Source of the DNA: Octopus sinensis
Taxonomy: Eukaryota
Assembly (NCBI RefSeq): GCF_006345805.1
Contig: NC_043019.1
Location: 6,323,360 to 6,387,359, forward strand
Length of the DNA: 64,000 bases
Direction of reading: 5' to 3'
The notes beneath the pieces are model-generated. The model worked only from the letters and a program-made list of their open reading frames with translations. It did no database searches and had not been told where the DNA came from. Positions within the stretch are counted from its first letter, which is position 1, and each line of letters opens with the position of its first letter. Below are positions 13,737 through 27,070 of this stretch, one piece after another. The position numbers and the translations under genes were made by a program.

Positions 13737-13745
13737 CGTGTGTGT
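13553..13745 (+). mobile_element. SINE family A, degenerate 5' part ending in (TG)n
   Basis: gacgcaggtatggctgtgtcgg...caaagccttgtcagtggatttggtagagactgaaag; a degenerate A 3' half lies at 14040-14280. Confidence 0.65.
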
Positions 13746-13965
13746 GTGTGAATATGTATTAAAAAACTGTCTCGCTTCAGATCGGAGAATACATATTATT
13801 ATGATATGTTATTCACGAAGAAAACAAACGACGAAGACAGGTGGTGTAGATAACAAATAAATGTATTAGTATAACGCTCGGGAATTGAAAAAGTCTTTAA
13901 CGCTTCGAGCCTACCCTCTTCCATAGAAAGAAACAAGGAAAGAAACAAAGAGAAATATATATATA

Positions 13966-14025
<60 letters not shown>

Positions 14026-14366
14026 GTGTGTGTGTCTGTGTGTGTTTGTGTGTGCATATATGTGTCTTTGTATTCTTGCATGTTCTCTGCCACCACGTGA
14101 CAACCGGTGTTGGCGTGTTTACGGCCTCTTAAAGTAGAGGTTTCGTGTAACGTTGCCGATAGAATGAGTACCAGGCTTTAAAAAGATATACATGCTGGGG
14201 TTGATTCATTCGAATAGAAATTCTGATAGGCGGTTCCCCAGCAGTCTAATAGCTGAAACAAGTAAAGGATAAAAGATTTTTAAAAATACATTTAGAAATT
14301 TAGAGGAATATCAACTTCGCTATACAAATTCCAAACGAGAGACTCTCAATGTGGTAACTTATTCTA

Positions 14367-14931
14367 TTGGGTTGTCCGGAAAGTTCGTGCTGATTTATTG
14401 TAGCTTATATTTCGACTTATTTTAGAACATGGTTGAGTCCATAAAATAGGATTTGACTGCACCTCCATTTAGAGCACAGTTTAAGTTATCTTTTCGTGGA
14501 AGAAGGTTTATGTTCCTGTAACCTGTGTTAATTCTGTAACCCTTTAAAATGGAAGGTAAGAGAAAGTTCATTTTCGGCACTTGATGCTTTAGGAACCAGA
14601 CAAAAATTGTTGCAGCTCGGCTGGGATGTGTTACCCCACTCTCCATATTCACCAGATATTGCTCCTTCGGAATTTCCACTTATTCAGGTCTCTGCAGAAT
14701 AGTCTTAATGGTAAATTTCAATTCTTGGATGATTAAAAAGATACCTTGATGAATTCTTTGCCATGAAACCACCTCAATTCTGGGAAGAGGCTATTTTCAA
14801 GTTAAAGGAAAGATGGAGACGCATTGTGCAACAAAATGGTTCATATTTGGTTGATTAAAAATGTAATGGCAAACATTTATTGACCTTTTTCTTTGCTTTA
14901 AAAATCGGCACGAACTTTTCTGACAACCCAA
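14367..14931 (+). mobile_element. Internally deleted mariner (non-autonomous), both TIRs, TA TSD
   Basis: TA|ttgggttgtccggaaagttcgtgctgattt ... aaatcggcacgaacttttctgacaacccaa|TA; inside MEGKRKVHFRHLML joined to PHSPYSPDIAPS.FHLFRSLQNSL...KERWRRIVQQNGSYLVD. Confidence 0.92.
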
Positions 14932-14942
14932 TACTAGAAATA

Positions 14943-15145
14943 GTGGCGAAATGCTTAGTGGTATTTCGTCTGTCGTTACGTTCTGAGTTCAAATTCCGCC
15001 GAGGTCGACTTTGCCTTTCATCCTTTTGGGGTCGATTAAATAAGTACCAGTTACGCACTGGGGTCGATATAATCGACTTAATCCCTTCGTCTGTCCTTGT
15101 TTGTCCCCTCTGTGTTTAGCCCCTTGTGGGTAGTAAAGAAATAAA
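14943..15145 (+). mobile_element. SINE family B, 5' truncated
   Basis: B consensus from ggcgaaatgcttagtggtatttcgtc onward. Confidence 0.85.
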
Positions 15146-15267
15146 AAAAATACTAGAATATCACCTTCAAACGTCTTAAATAGGGAGAGAACAGATTAGA
15201 TAATACGATAAGTTATTTACGGAACACCACTCCCTACTACATTAAAGGTTTCAGAATGTCTGTGTGT

Positions 15268-15312
<45 letters not shown>

Positions 15313-15728
15313 CGTGTGTGCGTGCGTGCGTGCGTGCGTGTGTGTGTGTATAAATTGTGTTGAAAAAAGAGTGAACCGTTTTTTAAGTAAAATTCAAAAC
15401 AAATATTTAGTCCTTTGTAAATACCTTTATTCAACCTCATGCCCCCTTTTCTTCCGCACCTTTCACCATCTTTGAAGCTGATTCTTGATCTCATCCTCCC
15501 AGAACTTGGCATTTTTCTGGGTCATGAACTGGTCCAAGTGGTTTTTACAGTTTCCAAAAAAGTTAGGTTCTCATTGGGAGAATTCTGTAGGGGTCAAAAT
15601 AAATGGCAGTGAGAAAGTGAAATGTCAGTGAGTTTGTTGGGTGTGGTAGAATATTCCTACCAATTATTGCCAGGTCTGCAAAGGAAATATGAGGTTTAGA
15701 GTTGATTTGAAAGTAAACAGCAACCGAG

Positions 15729-16340
15729 ATGAAGTCAGAGATGTTAAAAGTACCGTCGAGGCTTCTTTCAAAGTTAGCGGATGGTTTCCAGAAGCAGAGG
15801 GGAGTTCTGTTTGGTTTTGGAAACATCATCAAAGAGTCTCTCCATGCGCCGACGTGCATGGACTTAGCCAAACTAGAGAGAGCTCCCATTCACAATCTCG
15901 ACGTAAACCGTAGCGCAGGATTCATTAACTATGAGTTGAGTCGTCTTGGTGCCAAGCAACTCAAATTAGCATCATCTTCCCAAGTTAAATCCAAGTCGGC
16001 TGATCTGATTGAACGTGGAGAGTCCGAGGCATTGAGGCAACATATCAAACTCACCAAACCTGAGGGGCGAGTGCCTGACATCATTAACTGCCAGCAGCAG
16101 TTAATTGCAGAGGGACTGGAGAAGAAGAAGAAGGAAATGATCAACATTGCAGTGGATAGACGACGAACAGCCGACATGGATATTTTGAAACGTTATGGTG
16201 GATCGTTTACTAACAGCACTGAGGTAGATGCCTATCTAATGGCAGATGTACCAGATAAAGAAAAGGTCGATTGGTTGTATTTAGAAATCACATATGCCAG
16301 AGACACTGCCCTTTCTGTGCTAAAAACCAGCAACAAGGGG
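15729..16340 (+). pseudogene. Unclassified transposase-like coding relic (part of the 249-aa ORF)
   Basis: Only long non-microsatellite ORF without an obvious family; APIHNLDVNRSAGFINYEL..GAKQL and GGSFTNSTEVDAYL...LYLEITYARDT look like a DNA-transposase C-terminal region; ORF tail runs into a SINE B fragment. Confidence 0.4.
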
Positions 16341-16908
16341 GTTCTTCAAAAAGAAGCTCGAAGAATCAATATATACCCCCACGTCACTAATTATGCCCGG
16401 CGTGTTAACAATTCTGCCTGCTCGCCGTGTTACAAACATAAATGTTCCCAGGGAAAAATTCCACATTTAAAAAAATGACAAATACAAAAAATACTTGCAC
16501 ACACACACACACAAATACACACATGTACGCAGACATACACTCATACACACACACAAACACAAAAAACAACCAGACATGCGCACACATACGTATCGGGATT
16601 AACGTTTCTAAAATAGTTAACAATATTCTGATTTTCCCTAAAACATCGGGAAGCATCTTTTTGGCTAAGACGTTAAGTGTAGCTTTTAAATTAAAAAAAA
16701 AACTACCAGACTTAAAGGGCGCAATTACGGACCACATTCCAATATTCGTGATAATATTTTACAATTTCTGTTAGCTTGAAATCCCGTAGACTGTTGTAGT
16801 TGTAACGCAGTGAATTCCATCTTAATTGATTTAGCACTTAGTAACTAAACGTAAAATATAATATTTCTTCTAGATTTCTGAGTTGAAGAATTATATATCA
16901 GACGGAGT

Positions 16909-17113
16909 GGTATCATTATCTTGGCTGTTGCTTTAATTATGGTTCGGCCTACGGGCATAGTGCAGTGGATAAAGACGCTGATTAAATGCAGTGCAGTCAC
17001 GGAGAGATTCTGATTTCAATAGCAAGCACTAAATAGAATCACAAGACACCCGAAGAAGGCTGAAGCGTATACAGCGGAAACGTAGTGAAAGTAACAACCA
17101 AGAGGATGATACC
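16909..17113 (+). mobile_element. Short inverted-repeat-bounded element with a degenerate hammerhead
   Basis: IR ggtatcattatcttggctgttgcttt / gaaagtaacaaccaagaggatgatacc; cac-CCGAAGA-A-ggcug..cagcg-GAAA-cg-UA-gug at 17047-17087. Confidence 0.5.
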
Positions 17114-17345
17114 TATTACTTTACTATCCACGAGAGGCTAAACACAGAGGGGACAAACAAGGACAGACAAAGGGATTAAGTCGATTACATCGACCCCAGT
17201 GCGTATCTGGTACTTAATTTATCGACCCCGAAAGGATGAAAGGCAAAGTCGACCTCGGCGGAATTTGAACTTAGAACGTAACGACAGACGAAATACGGCT
17301 ACGCATTTCGCCCGGCGTGCTAACGATTCTGCCAGCTCGCCGCCT
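17112..17345 (-). mobile_element. SINE family B
   Basis: Reverse complement of the B consensus. Confidence 0.9.
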
Positions 17346-17689
17346 TTCTCTCGCTCTGTGTACGTGTGTGTGTGTATGTGTGTGTGTGCGTGTGTGGTGT
17401 GTGTGTGTGTGTGTGTGTGTGTTGTGTGTGTGTGTGTGTTGTGTGTGTGTGTAAATCAACCTCCACCACCACAACCCCTATCTATCACGAACGGCAGGAC
17501 AACCGTCATCCACACCGAAACCAATACAGCCAACAACAACAACAACAACCAATTCACCAAGTTTTTAATTAGCAGCTGCCAACAACAATAGTAACAACGT
17601 GATACCAATATTTGTAGCTTCATACGTCAGAACATTGGAAGACGTGTGTGTCAAAGAGCAGTCTGTGGCAATTTGATAGCTGAAGTCTG

Positions 17690-18400
17690 AGATGCAAGAA
17701 GTGCTGATGAACCGGGTAACCCTTCAACTAACCGATAAATTCTTCAACTAAGTAATTAATTCAAGAAGCTTCTCTGTTAATTGCTCGGACTTAAATTTTT
17801 TCATATATCTAATGTGATGCATAAATAGAACAGGTCTTGAGAGAATGGACCGAGAATCAGACTCAAAGCAATATAGTTTGTATGGCGAAACTTTCCATGA
17901 AAAACCCTTTCCTATTTAGTAAAGGCTGGTTTGAAATGTTTAAGACACGCTTGTATTTGCACATCATAAAATGACTAGGGAAGCTACCAGGGCCGCTACA
18001 GAGGCTGCTACTTGTTATTTTAAGCAGTGGAATATAAAAATATTGCTCATGAAATTGCTCTTCTCTGGAGGTGCTTGCTTGCAAGAACTTTATTTCTCAA
18101 GTAGAAAAATCAACATCAGGATTTAATGCTTCCAAACATCATCTGACGTTTCTTCTGGAAGATAGAGCCGCAAATAATATGAAATTAAAGCTCCTATATT
18201 TATATAAGGAGAGTGAATGCCGCTGATGAAATGAAATTAAGACCCCTTCGCGTATATCATAGCGGAAGTTCGAAGGTATTCGAGGATTGCGTAAAGTTTA
18301 ATCTTACCTCTGGTTTGATGTTCAAAAACGCAAGCATGGAAGATAAAAAGGACATTTTTCGGTTAGTAATTTCCAAATATTCTTTGCCCTGGCCATACCA
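17690..18400 (+). mobile_element. Tigger/pogo transposase relic
   Basis: FSKGWFEMFK, SGFNASKHHLTFLL and NAADEMKLRPLRVYHS (Tigger G.NAAGD.KLKPL.VYHS) across frameshifts. Confidence 0.7.
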
Positions 18401-18823
18401 TACGAAAGGAATAGCACTTATAGGAAATGGTTTACAAGTTTTTGCTGGTAATGATTCTAATTGTGAACGTAGCATGAAAATTGGAGTGGATGAATGGGCT
18501 GAGAGGGGAAAAGGGTGGTGGATTGAAAAGGTTAAACGGGCTGGATTTGTAGTACGGTGAGGATGGGAATATCTTTGAGGTTGGTAGTTTAAATTGTTTG
18601 ATATGTAGGTAAAGTGTGAATTCTTATGATAAGTGTATTCACTGTAAGGTAAATGTGTTTAACTTTTCTATTAAACAGAAGTTGTATCTATTGCTTCATC
18701 TATTATATTTGTTAGTTTCTGTGATAATGCTCCGGTTGCGATTCATGCAAAACCATATAAACTTAGAAAGTGGCGTAGCATTACTTTTGTTTTTGTCTCT
18801 GAAAGGAGCGCTATGCTGTATGT

Positions 18824-19022
18824 AAGGCGGCGAGCTGGCAGAAACGTTAGCACGCCGCGCGAAATGCTTAACGGCATTTCGTCTGCCGTTACGTTCTGAG
18901 TTCAAATTCCGCCGAGGTCGACTTTGCCTTTCATCCTTTCGGGGTCGATTAAATAAGTACCAGTTACGCACTGGGAGTCGATATAATCGACTTAATCCGT
19001 GTGTCTGTCCTTGTTTGTCCCC
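18824..19022 (+). mobile_element. SINE family B, 3' truncated
   Basis: B consensus from aaggcggcgagctggc. Confidence 0.88.
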
Positions 19023-19059
19023 TCGATATACTCCTTTACTGATCCATCTGAATTAGGCG

Positions 19060-19420
19060 CCAAAATTCGATCCTTCTCCTGTATTTGTAGTCTGGAGTAC
19101 ATATTTTGGTGGATTTATAGTTGCATAGTTGTTGAGAAGCATTATTTTGGGTATTTTCGGGGATTTTTTAATGATTAAGGAGGATTTGTGGATTTATGTT
19201 TGGAAGGCAAATCTAGCTAATCTTAATCAATGTTTCTATAAAATATTTCATGAAATTATCTGATCGTGAAAAGTGATTGTCTGGTAAAATATGTTTCCAC
19301 CTTCAAGATATACGGTCGATTAAACCATAGGATTTTTCTAAGCTTATGTCTTTTGTATTTTATTGCGGTGGGTTCGCTATAACTGATGTTCCCACTGAAT
19401 GTTTACCTCGTTAGTGCGTT
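19060..19420 (-). mobile_element. Penelope-like element coding relic (region between RT and GIY-YIG endonuclease)
   Basis: RKILWFNRPYILKVET...FHEIFYRN..KIS.ICLPNI...CN across frameshifts matches the PLE motif R.I.WFNPPY...KIFNRNT.K.SYSC.PN. Confidence 0.72.
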
Positions 19421-19471
19421 GTTGTTGTGCAGAACAGCTCTATCGAATGTTACATCATAAGAAGGAAGGGT

Positions 19472-19852
19472 GGAGGCGCAATGGCCCAGTGGTTAGGGCA
19501 GCAGACTCGCGGTCGTAGGATCGCGGTTTCGATTCCCAGACCGGGCATCGTGAGTGTTTATTGAGCGAAAACACCTAAAGCTTCACAAGGCTCCTGCAAG
19601 GGGTGGTGGTGAAACCTGCTGTACTCTTTCACCACAACTTTCTCTCACTCTTTCTTCATGTTTCTGTTGTACCTGTATTTCAAAGGGCCAGCCTTGTCAC
19701 ACTCTGTGTCACGCTGAATCTCCTCGAAAACTACGTTAAGGGTACACGTGTCTGTGGAATGCTCAGCCACTTGCACGTTAATTCCATGAGCAGGCTGTTC
19801 CGTTGATCGTATCAGCTGGGACCCTCGTCGTCGTAACCGACGGAGTGCTCCT
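19472..19852 (+). mobile_element. SINE family C, tail type 2
   Basis: A box tggcccagtgg, B box gtttcgattcc; ~11-bp TSD aagaaggaagg; tail equals 27785-27960. Confidence 0.92.
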
Positions 19853-20139
19853 ATAAAAGAAGGAAGGCGAGAGATGCTCTTACAAATGTTGAGTTCGGAT
19901 AACTGGTTGTGGACGATTAATGTACGAGGTTATTTCACTTGGCTTCTGAAAGAAGCGGGATTTATCTGTCTTAAGGTACACGTTAATATCCAAATAACTG
20001 ACAGTATTGAGATTGCTGTTGACTGTTAACATTAGATTAAACTGCTTTGAATATCCTAATTGTTATTTTCTTAATGATATACATACCGCATCAATATATG
20101 TGTGTATGTGTATGTATGTGTGTATAAACATAAACATGG

Positions 20140-20575
20140 ACAGGAGTGGCTGTGTGGAGGCACAGGAGTGACTGTGTGGTAAGTAGCTTGTTTACCAACC
20201 ACATGGTTCCGGGTTCAGTCCCACTGCGTGGCACCTTGGGCAAGTGTCTTCTGCTATAGCCTCGGGCCGACCGACCAAAGCCTTGTGAGTGGATTTGGTA
20301 GACGGAAACTGAAAGAAGCCTGTCGTATATATGTATATATATATATATATATATGCGTGTGTGTGTTTGTGTATCTGTGTTTGTCCCCCTAGCATTGCTT
20401 GACAACCGATGCTGGTGTGTTTATGTCCCCGTTACTTAGCGGTTCGGCAAAAGGGACCGATAGTATAAGTACTGGGCTTACAAAAGAATAAGTCCCGGGG
20501 TCGAGTTGCTCGATTAAAGGCGGTGCTCCAGCATGGCCGCAGTCAAATGACTGAAACAAGTAATAAAGAGAAAAA
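20140..20575 (+). mobile_element. SINE family A with duplicated 5' end
   Basis: caggagtggctgtgtgg followed by caggagtgactgtgtgg, then the full A consensus. Confidence 0.9.
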
Positions 20576-20690
20576 AAAAGATACATACATATAAGACGGG
20601 CTTTCGTACAGTTTCTATTTTGCAAATTCACAAAGAAATCGTTGGTTGGTCTAGGGCTGTAGTAAAAGATGCTTGGCCAAGATGATTTTC

Positions 20691-20723
<33 letters not shown>

Positions 20724-21614
20724 ACACACACACACATGCGAAAACACATATACACACATGCGCGTACACACAGACACACACACACAGAGAAAAAAAGCAG
20801 TTGTGTATTCCATCGTGGGTCTTCACTAAACTTTCCTCAATTTACCTGTCACCTTTACTCGGTGCATATTTTAAGAGAGAAAACAGAATGCAGTTAATTT
20901 GACATTTTACAGCAAACTAAATAGCCTCTTGAGTTGAGAGAAAACGAGAGAAAAAACACAAGTATTGATTGATTTCCTGTAAATACCATTGAAACAAATG
21001 AGAGAAGCAAGATTGTTTTCCATTTGTTTTTTTCACTGGTTTTGGCATGGAAGGAGAGGAGTGATGTACATCCGATATGTATTGTCATTACTGTTATGAT
21101 ATATACGAAATAACATAAGCGCTTCTTTCATATACTTTTTCCTTTCAATTGCTCGATTTTTCCGTCTGTCTCTCCATAGTTTTTTATTCCATTTTTATTC
21201 CTTCTTCTAAAACCGCACTTTTATTTCGTCTTTCAACTCTTCCCTTTTCTCTTGCTGCAACGGCTGCAAACACAAGTTGTAATACCACAGCCAATTCGGG
21301 AGCATTTTACTCAGACAGTCACACTGCTGGAAATAGTAACCAAATCACATTCATAAAATTTGATCCCATATTCAACCGAAATAAAGCCACAGGTAACCAG
21401 ATATTTGCATTAAGGTATAAAAGTTACTTCTCTACGGACTAAAGCTGAGATAAGCAAAATTCGTGGAGGGCGGCAGCTTGAAGGCCTTTGTTCATGAGAC
21501 CTCTGCAAAATAATTCTATTATACCACCCGCTTTGTGAAGGAAATTGATAGACGGAAACTGAAAGATGTCTGACGTATATGTATATATATGTGTTATATA
21601 TATATATATATACT

Positions 21615-22030
21615 CTTTTACTCTTTTACTTGTTTCAGTAATTTGACTGCGGCCATGCTGGAAGCACCGCCTTTAGTCGAGCAAATCGACCCCGGGACTT
21701 ATTCTTTGTAAGCCAGCAGTACTTATTCTATCAGTCTCTTTTGCCGAACCGCTAAGTGACGGGGACGTAAACACACCAGCATCGGTTGTCAAACAATGCT
21801 AGGGGGACAAACACAGACACCAAACACAACACACCACATACATATATATATATAACATATATACGACAGGCTTCTTTCAGTTTCCGTCTACCAAATCCAC
21901 TCACAAGGCATTGGTCGGCCCGGGGCTGGCATAGCAGAAGACACTTGCCCAAGATGCCACACAGTGGGACTGAACCCGGAACCATGTGGTTGGTTAGCAA
22001 GCTACTTACCACACAGCCACTCCTGCGCGT
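21615..22030 (-). mobile_element. SINE family A, full length
   Basis: Reverse complement of the A consensus. Confidence 0.9.
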
Positions 22031-22357
22031 ATATATGCATATTATTATATAATATATCATAATATATATATATATGAAAGAAGGTTTGAAAATGCAATTT
22101 TAAAAGATGTTTATTCACTTGACCGGTTTCACTTTCTTAGAAAAAAATTGTCAAAAGTAACATGTAAAAGCTTGTTGTGTAATGGTTGTCACAAAATATT
22201 AATATATATATATATCTACAGATGGAGAAGGACATACTACCACCATGTTCTTAATGATGAAATTAACCTCTCTGTCTATATATCTGCCCTCTTTGTAATA
22301 TTGGCAAATAAAATAAGTATAAAAATATGCATTGTCCGTTTAATTAAAAAATTCTAT

Positions 22358-22446
22358 ATGTGGCTGAAGATTGCTCGACATTTTAAAACTGATGTAATAC
22401 TTACAGTGTTTAATAAAATGAAGTAGCATGAAACGATTGTACTACA
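22358..22446 (+). ncRNA. Type I hammerhead-like fold
   Basis: ugugg-CUGAAGA(22364-70)-uugcu..agcau-GAAA(22430-33)-cgauug-UA-cuaca; downstream flank ctactttggatatccttgttgcttattttgat shared with the 9051 copy. Confidence 0.6.
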
Positions 22447-22574
22447 CTACTTTGGATATCCTTGTTGCTTATTTTGATTATAATCACCCCATTTATTTAT
22501 ATGGATAATACCATACCAAATTCTGGTGCCTTTAACTTAAGTACCATATTCATCTGAATCTAAATTTTGCTGAA

Positions 22575-22650
<76 letters not shown>

Positions 22651-22926
22651 TAATTCGTACATGTCAAAATTCTTTATTTATTTAATTTCTTATGAACATA
22701 AATGGATATGCCAATACTACATTTGCATACACATGCATAAACTAAGAATATGCAAAAGAAACTAATAAATTATAGTAACTAAGGAATTTTATATCAATAT
22801 AAATATTTACGGGTGAAAAGCGTATTCGTACAGAACATAAATAACCGATAATTCTGATTTAACACTTCGCAGCATAACCATTATTCAGTTCCACTTCAAC
22901 CAATCTCTTCTTGTTGTAGTTCTTAA

Positions 22927-23650
22927 TCAATGATTCGCATGTTTCTTTAGGAACTTTTTCCATTCTTCTTGACAAATTTTCTTCAAATCTGCAATGCACG
23001 TTGGGGCTCTTGAATGAATATTAATTTTCAAATAATGCCACAAATTTTCAATGGGGTTCAAGTCAGGTGACTGGCTTGCCCATTCTAATAATTTAATATT
23101 GTCATCGACAATCTGTTTTTTGGTAGACTTCACCGTGTGCTTAGGGTCGTTATCCTGTTGTAAAACCCACCCTTCACAAAGCTGGAGCTTTTCTACAGAG
23201 TCCCATAAATCATTCTTCAAAATATTTTGGTACATCTCTGCATTCATTCTACTATCTATCACATATAAATTGCAAATACCATTTTCAGAGAAACACCCCC
23301 ACACAATGATTTTGCCACCTCCAAACTTTACGGTAGGAATTGTGTTTTTCGGCGAATAGGCGGTACCATCTTTCCTCTGAACATGGCTACGCGAATTTCG
23401 TCCAAACAATTTTCGACTCAATTCATTTTCCCAGAATGTATCAAATTTATCTTTATGTTCATAAACAAATTTTAAACGCGCATCTCTATGCCTTTTAGTC
23501 AACAGCAGAGTTTTGCTAGGTGAGCGTGACTTCAGTTCATTACTGATTGTTCATAGTGTAACGCTCGTCCCTGAAGCTAACAAATCTTGCAACTCCTTTC
23601 TGGAGATCATATGCGTTTTTTCCGATTCTTCGCTTCATTTTTCTTTAAGA
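22927..23650 (-). mobile_element. Tc1 transposase relic (DD34E type), first catalytic Asp region deleted
   Basis: TVKFGGGKIIVWGCFS, QQDNDPKH, WASQSPDLNPIENLW; FWENELSRKLFGRN lacks the WSDE motif. Confidence 0.92.
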
Positions 23651-23877
23651 TCTAGGGGAAATCTTGCGTGGTGCACCGGATCTTATTCTGTTGCAAGAAG
23701 GTTGCAAGACGCAACGAAAATTTTAGGAAAATAAAAGCAAGAAATAAGTGGAAATTTTACCAATGAGTGTGTTAAATTATAAGGCACAAAAAGAAAATGA
23801 TTCTCCCCAGACACAACAGAATATGCTTCAACACACGAACTAATATAAAGAATCTTGCAAACCAAATCCAAAACGAA

Positions 23878-23908
<31 letters not shown>

Positions 23909-23925
23909 TGTATGTATGTATGTAT

Positions 23926-23955
<30 letters not shown>

Positions 23956-23956
<1 letters not shown>

Positions 23957-24119
23957 GGCGCAGGCATGGCTGTGTAGTAAGAAGCTTGCTTCTCAACCAC
24001 ATGATTCCTGATTCCGTCCCACTGCGCGGCACCTCGGGTAAGTGTCTTCTACTGTAGCCTCGGGCCGACTAAAACCTCGTGAGTGGATTTGGTAGACGGA
24101 AACTAAAAGAATCTCGTCG

Positions 24120-24166
<47 letters not shown>

Positions 24167-24271
24167 ATGACTGCGCATGTGTGTGTCTAACAGAAGTTGA
24201 TACGTTTACCACTCCGTAACTTAACGGTTCAGCAAAACGAGACCGGTAGAATAAATACATGGCTTTAAAAG
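23956..24271 (+). mobile_element. SINE family A, degenerate
   Basis: ataggcgcaggcatggctgtgtagtaag... Confidence 0.8.
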
Positions 24272-24890
24272 AAGGTATGAGATGAGAATTTATGGAAAAG
24301 TAACCCATAGAAACTCAACAGACTGTTAAAGATGGAGAAGAGAATATGCTTAAAGTTTAAAAAAAGAATTTTGATACGTGCATACGATCGTTTCGAACAT
24401 CAATATTAACATGTAAGTAACATGGTAGGATAATTAGAAATTAATTTAAATTTAATTAATTAATTACATATTACTGTTATTTTCAAATAACCGTTAACCG
24501 CATCGATTTTATTTCTTTCACAACTAGACTCAACAACGTTTTTTTTTTTTTTTGTATGCTCATGATCTTCCATAAGGATAAAATATCTATATCCGAATAT
24601 GTTATTTGCCACTTCATCCATCAAGTCTTATCTAACAATAATAATGATTTTCTGATGCATTCTTTTTCTGCACTGATGAGAATAATAATATGTAATTAAT
24701 TAATTTAACTTAATTTAATCAATTTCTAATTATTCTACTATGTTATTTAAATGTTAACATTGCTGTTCGAAACGAACTACGCATGTATTAAAATTCTTTT
24801 TTTTTAATTTTAACATCATCTCTTCTCCATCTTTAACAGACTGTTGAGTTTCTACGGGATATTTTTCCATAAATTCTCATCTCATTCCTT
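24272..24890. mobile_element. Fold-back element, ~210-bp diverged inverted arms, each carrying a damaged hammerhead
   Basis: Arms 24272-24483 and ~24678-24890; right arm ugca-CUGAUGA-gaa at 24669-82, left arm (minus) guuc-GAAA-cgaucg-UA-ugca at 24398-24379. Confidence 0.8.
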
Positions 24891-25041
24891 ATACATTTAA
24901 TAATTTCATATTCTCAAAAACCTTACGCCATTAAGCTACCAACGAAATATGAAGAATCTTCGTTAGAAATCGCCCCTTTGGAACCCTCCAAAGGAAAGGA
25001 TAAATTGAACTTTACCTTTTCACACAAGCACACACACACAC

Positions 25042-25088
<47 letters not shown>

Positions 25089-25659
25089 GATTTTTTAATG
25101 TTTTTTACCCCCATACCTTCGTGGGTTATTCTGAGTAAACACTATCTGAGAGAAATTTTCTTTAAGTATTAGAAATAGCTAAAAAAAACTTTTTTGGCTG
25201 CTATTTCTAATGAGTTCAGTATGTGGCAAAGTAATTTATTTTACAGCCCTTTTATTAATGTAATGTAAATTTTGAATTCGCCTTAAATGGTCCTTTTACA
25301 TACTGAATACTTGGTGAAATTGATTAATAACTAATTAATTTTACCCTCAATGTGAAATTAATATATAATATATATATATATATATAATATAGTTATATTA
25401 ATGGTAAAACTTCAAGTATAGAAATACCTGGTCTTTTAAATTTTTTTCATATTGTCTTGGCCGCTTAAATCCAACGTGATTATGTATAAGAACGTATTTT
25501 ACGTGGTATGAAGATCTGACATCTTCTTTCAGCAAGCAAGGAAGACACTTAGAGGTTTTCCTCTTAGTGTTTAATTACCTAGGGTTCTACAGACACACAC
25601 ACACCATATATATATATATATATAAATATTATATATATATTATATATATATATATATAT

Positions 25660-25701
<42 letters not shown>

Positions 25702-25822
25702 TATATATATATATTATATATATATATAATGAGGGTGAGAAATTAATTTATTAACATCGATTTCACACCAGGGGTTTAGCATATAAAAAAAAGCCGAAGG
25801 TTCAGTAAAATTGTATTATATA

Positions 25823-26027
25823 ATATTAGAGGGAACCCACTATGTGGACACCCTTATGCTAGAAATAGATCCGCTATGATCTTACCATTATTGCTTTTTC
25901 TTTTGTCCTGCTCGATTACGATTTGGTTGTTTTGCTAAATTTTTCTTGAGAACATTTCTTAGTGGTAAGACCATAGCGTATCTATTTCTAGCATAAGAGT
26001 ATCCACATGGTGGTTTCCCTCTAATAT
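25823..26027. repeat. Inverted repeat element, ~67-bp arms, in (TA)n
   Basis: atattagagggaacccac...cttaccatta versus tagtggtaag...gtttccctctaatat. Confidence 0.85.
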
Positions 26028-26028
26028 G

Positions 26029-26088
<60 letters not shown>

Positions 26089-26319
26089 ATGTTCTTACTA
26101 CGCACAAAATATGAGAACAAAACTGTCTTCTTATTTTCTAATCGTTGGTTTTGAATACAAATATTTGATAAGATGGACACTTAAGTCAATGAAACAACTC
26201 TAAAAATACTTATTCTGTCCGATTAAGGAGAAAAAATAAAAAAGAGTCTTTAAACAGTCTTCTGTACTGTTTGCACTTTTACTTTTTACCTTTGACTTAT
26301 ATCGATTCTTAACCATTTT

Positions 26320-27070
<751 letters not shown>

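Noticed and set aside
13880-13925. Hammerhead-like gagc/gcuc-type stem followed by GAAG (minus strand)
   Set aside because: Core reads AUGGAAGA and GAAG with offset stem I; too degenerate to call.
19472-19550. tRNA-Arg gene
   Set aside because: A and B boxes are present, but no acceptor stem closes and it continues into SINE body; the same holds for the other SINE heads.
21070-21120. guau..auac stem followed by GAAA
   Set aside because: Core CCGAUAU and no stem I.
20880-21480. Possible Kolobok-like or host exon sequence
   Set aside because: No convincing motif or splice-bounded ORF by eye.
23683-23735. guugc/gcaac-GAAA-auuu-UA resembling a hammerhead 3' half
   Set aside because: No CUGANGA and no stem I.
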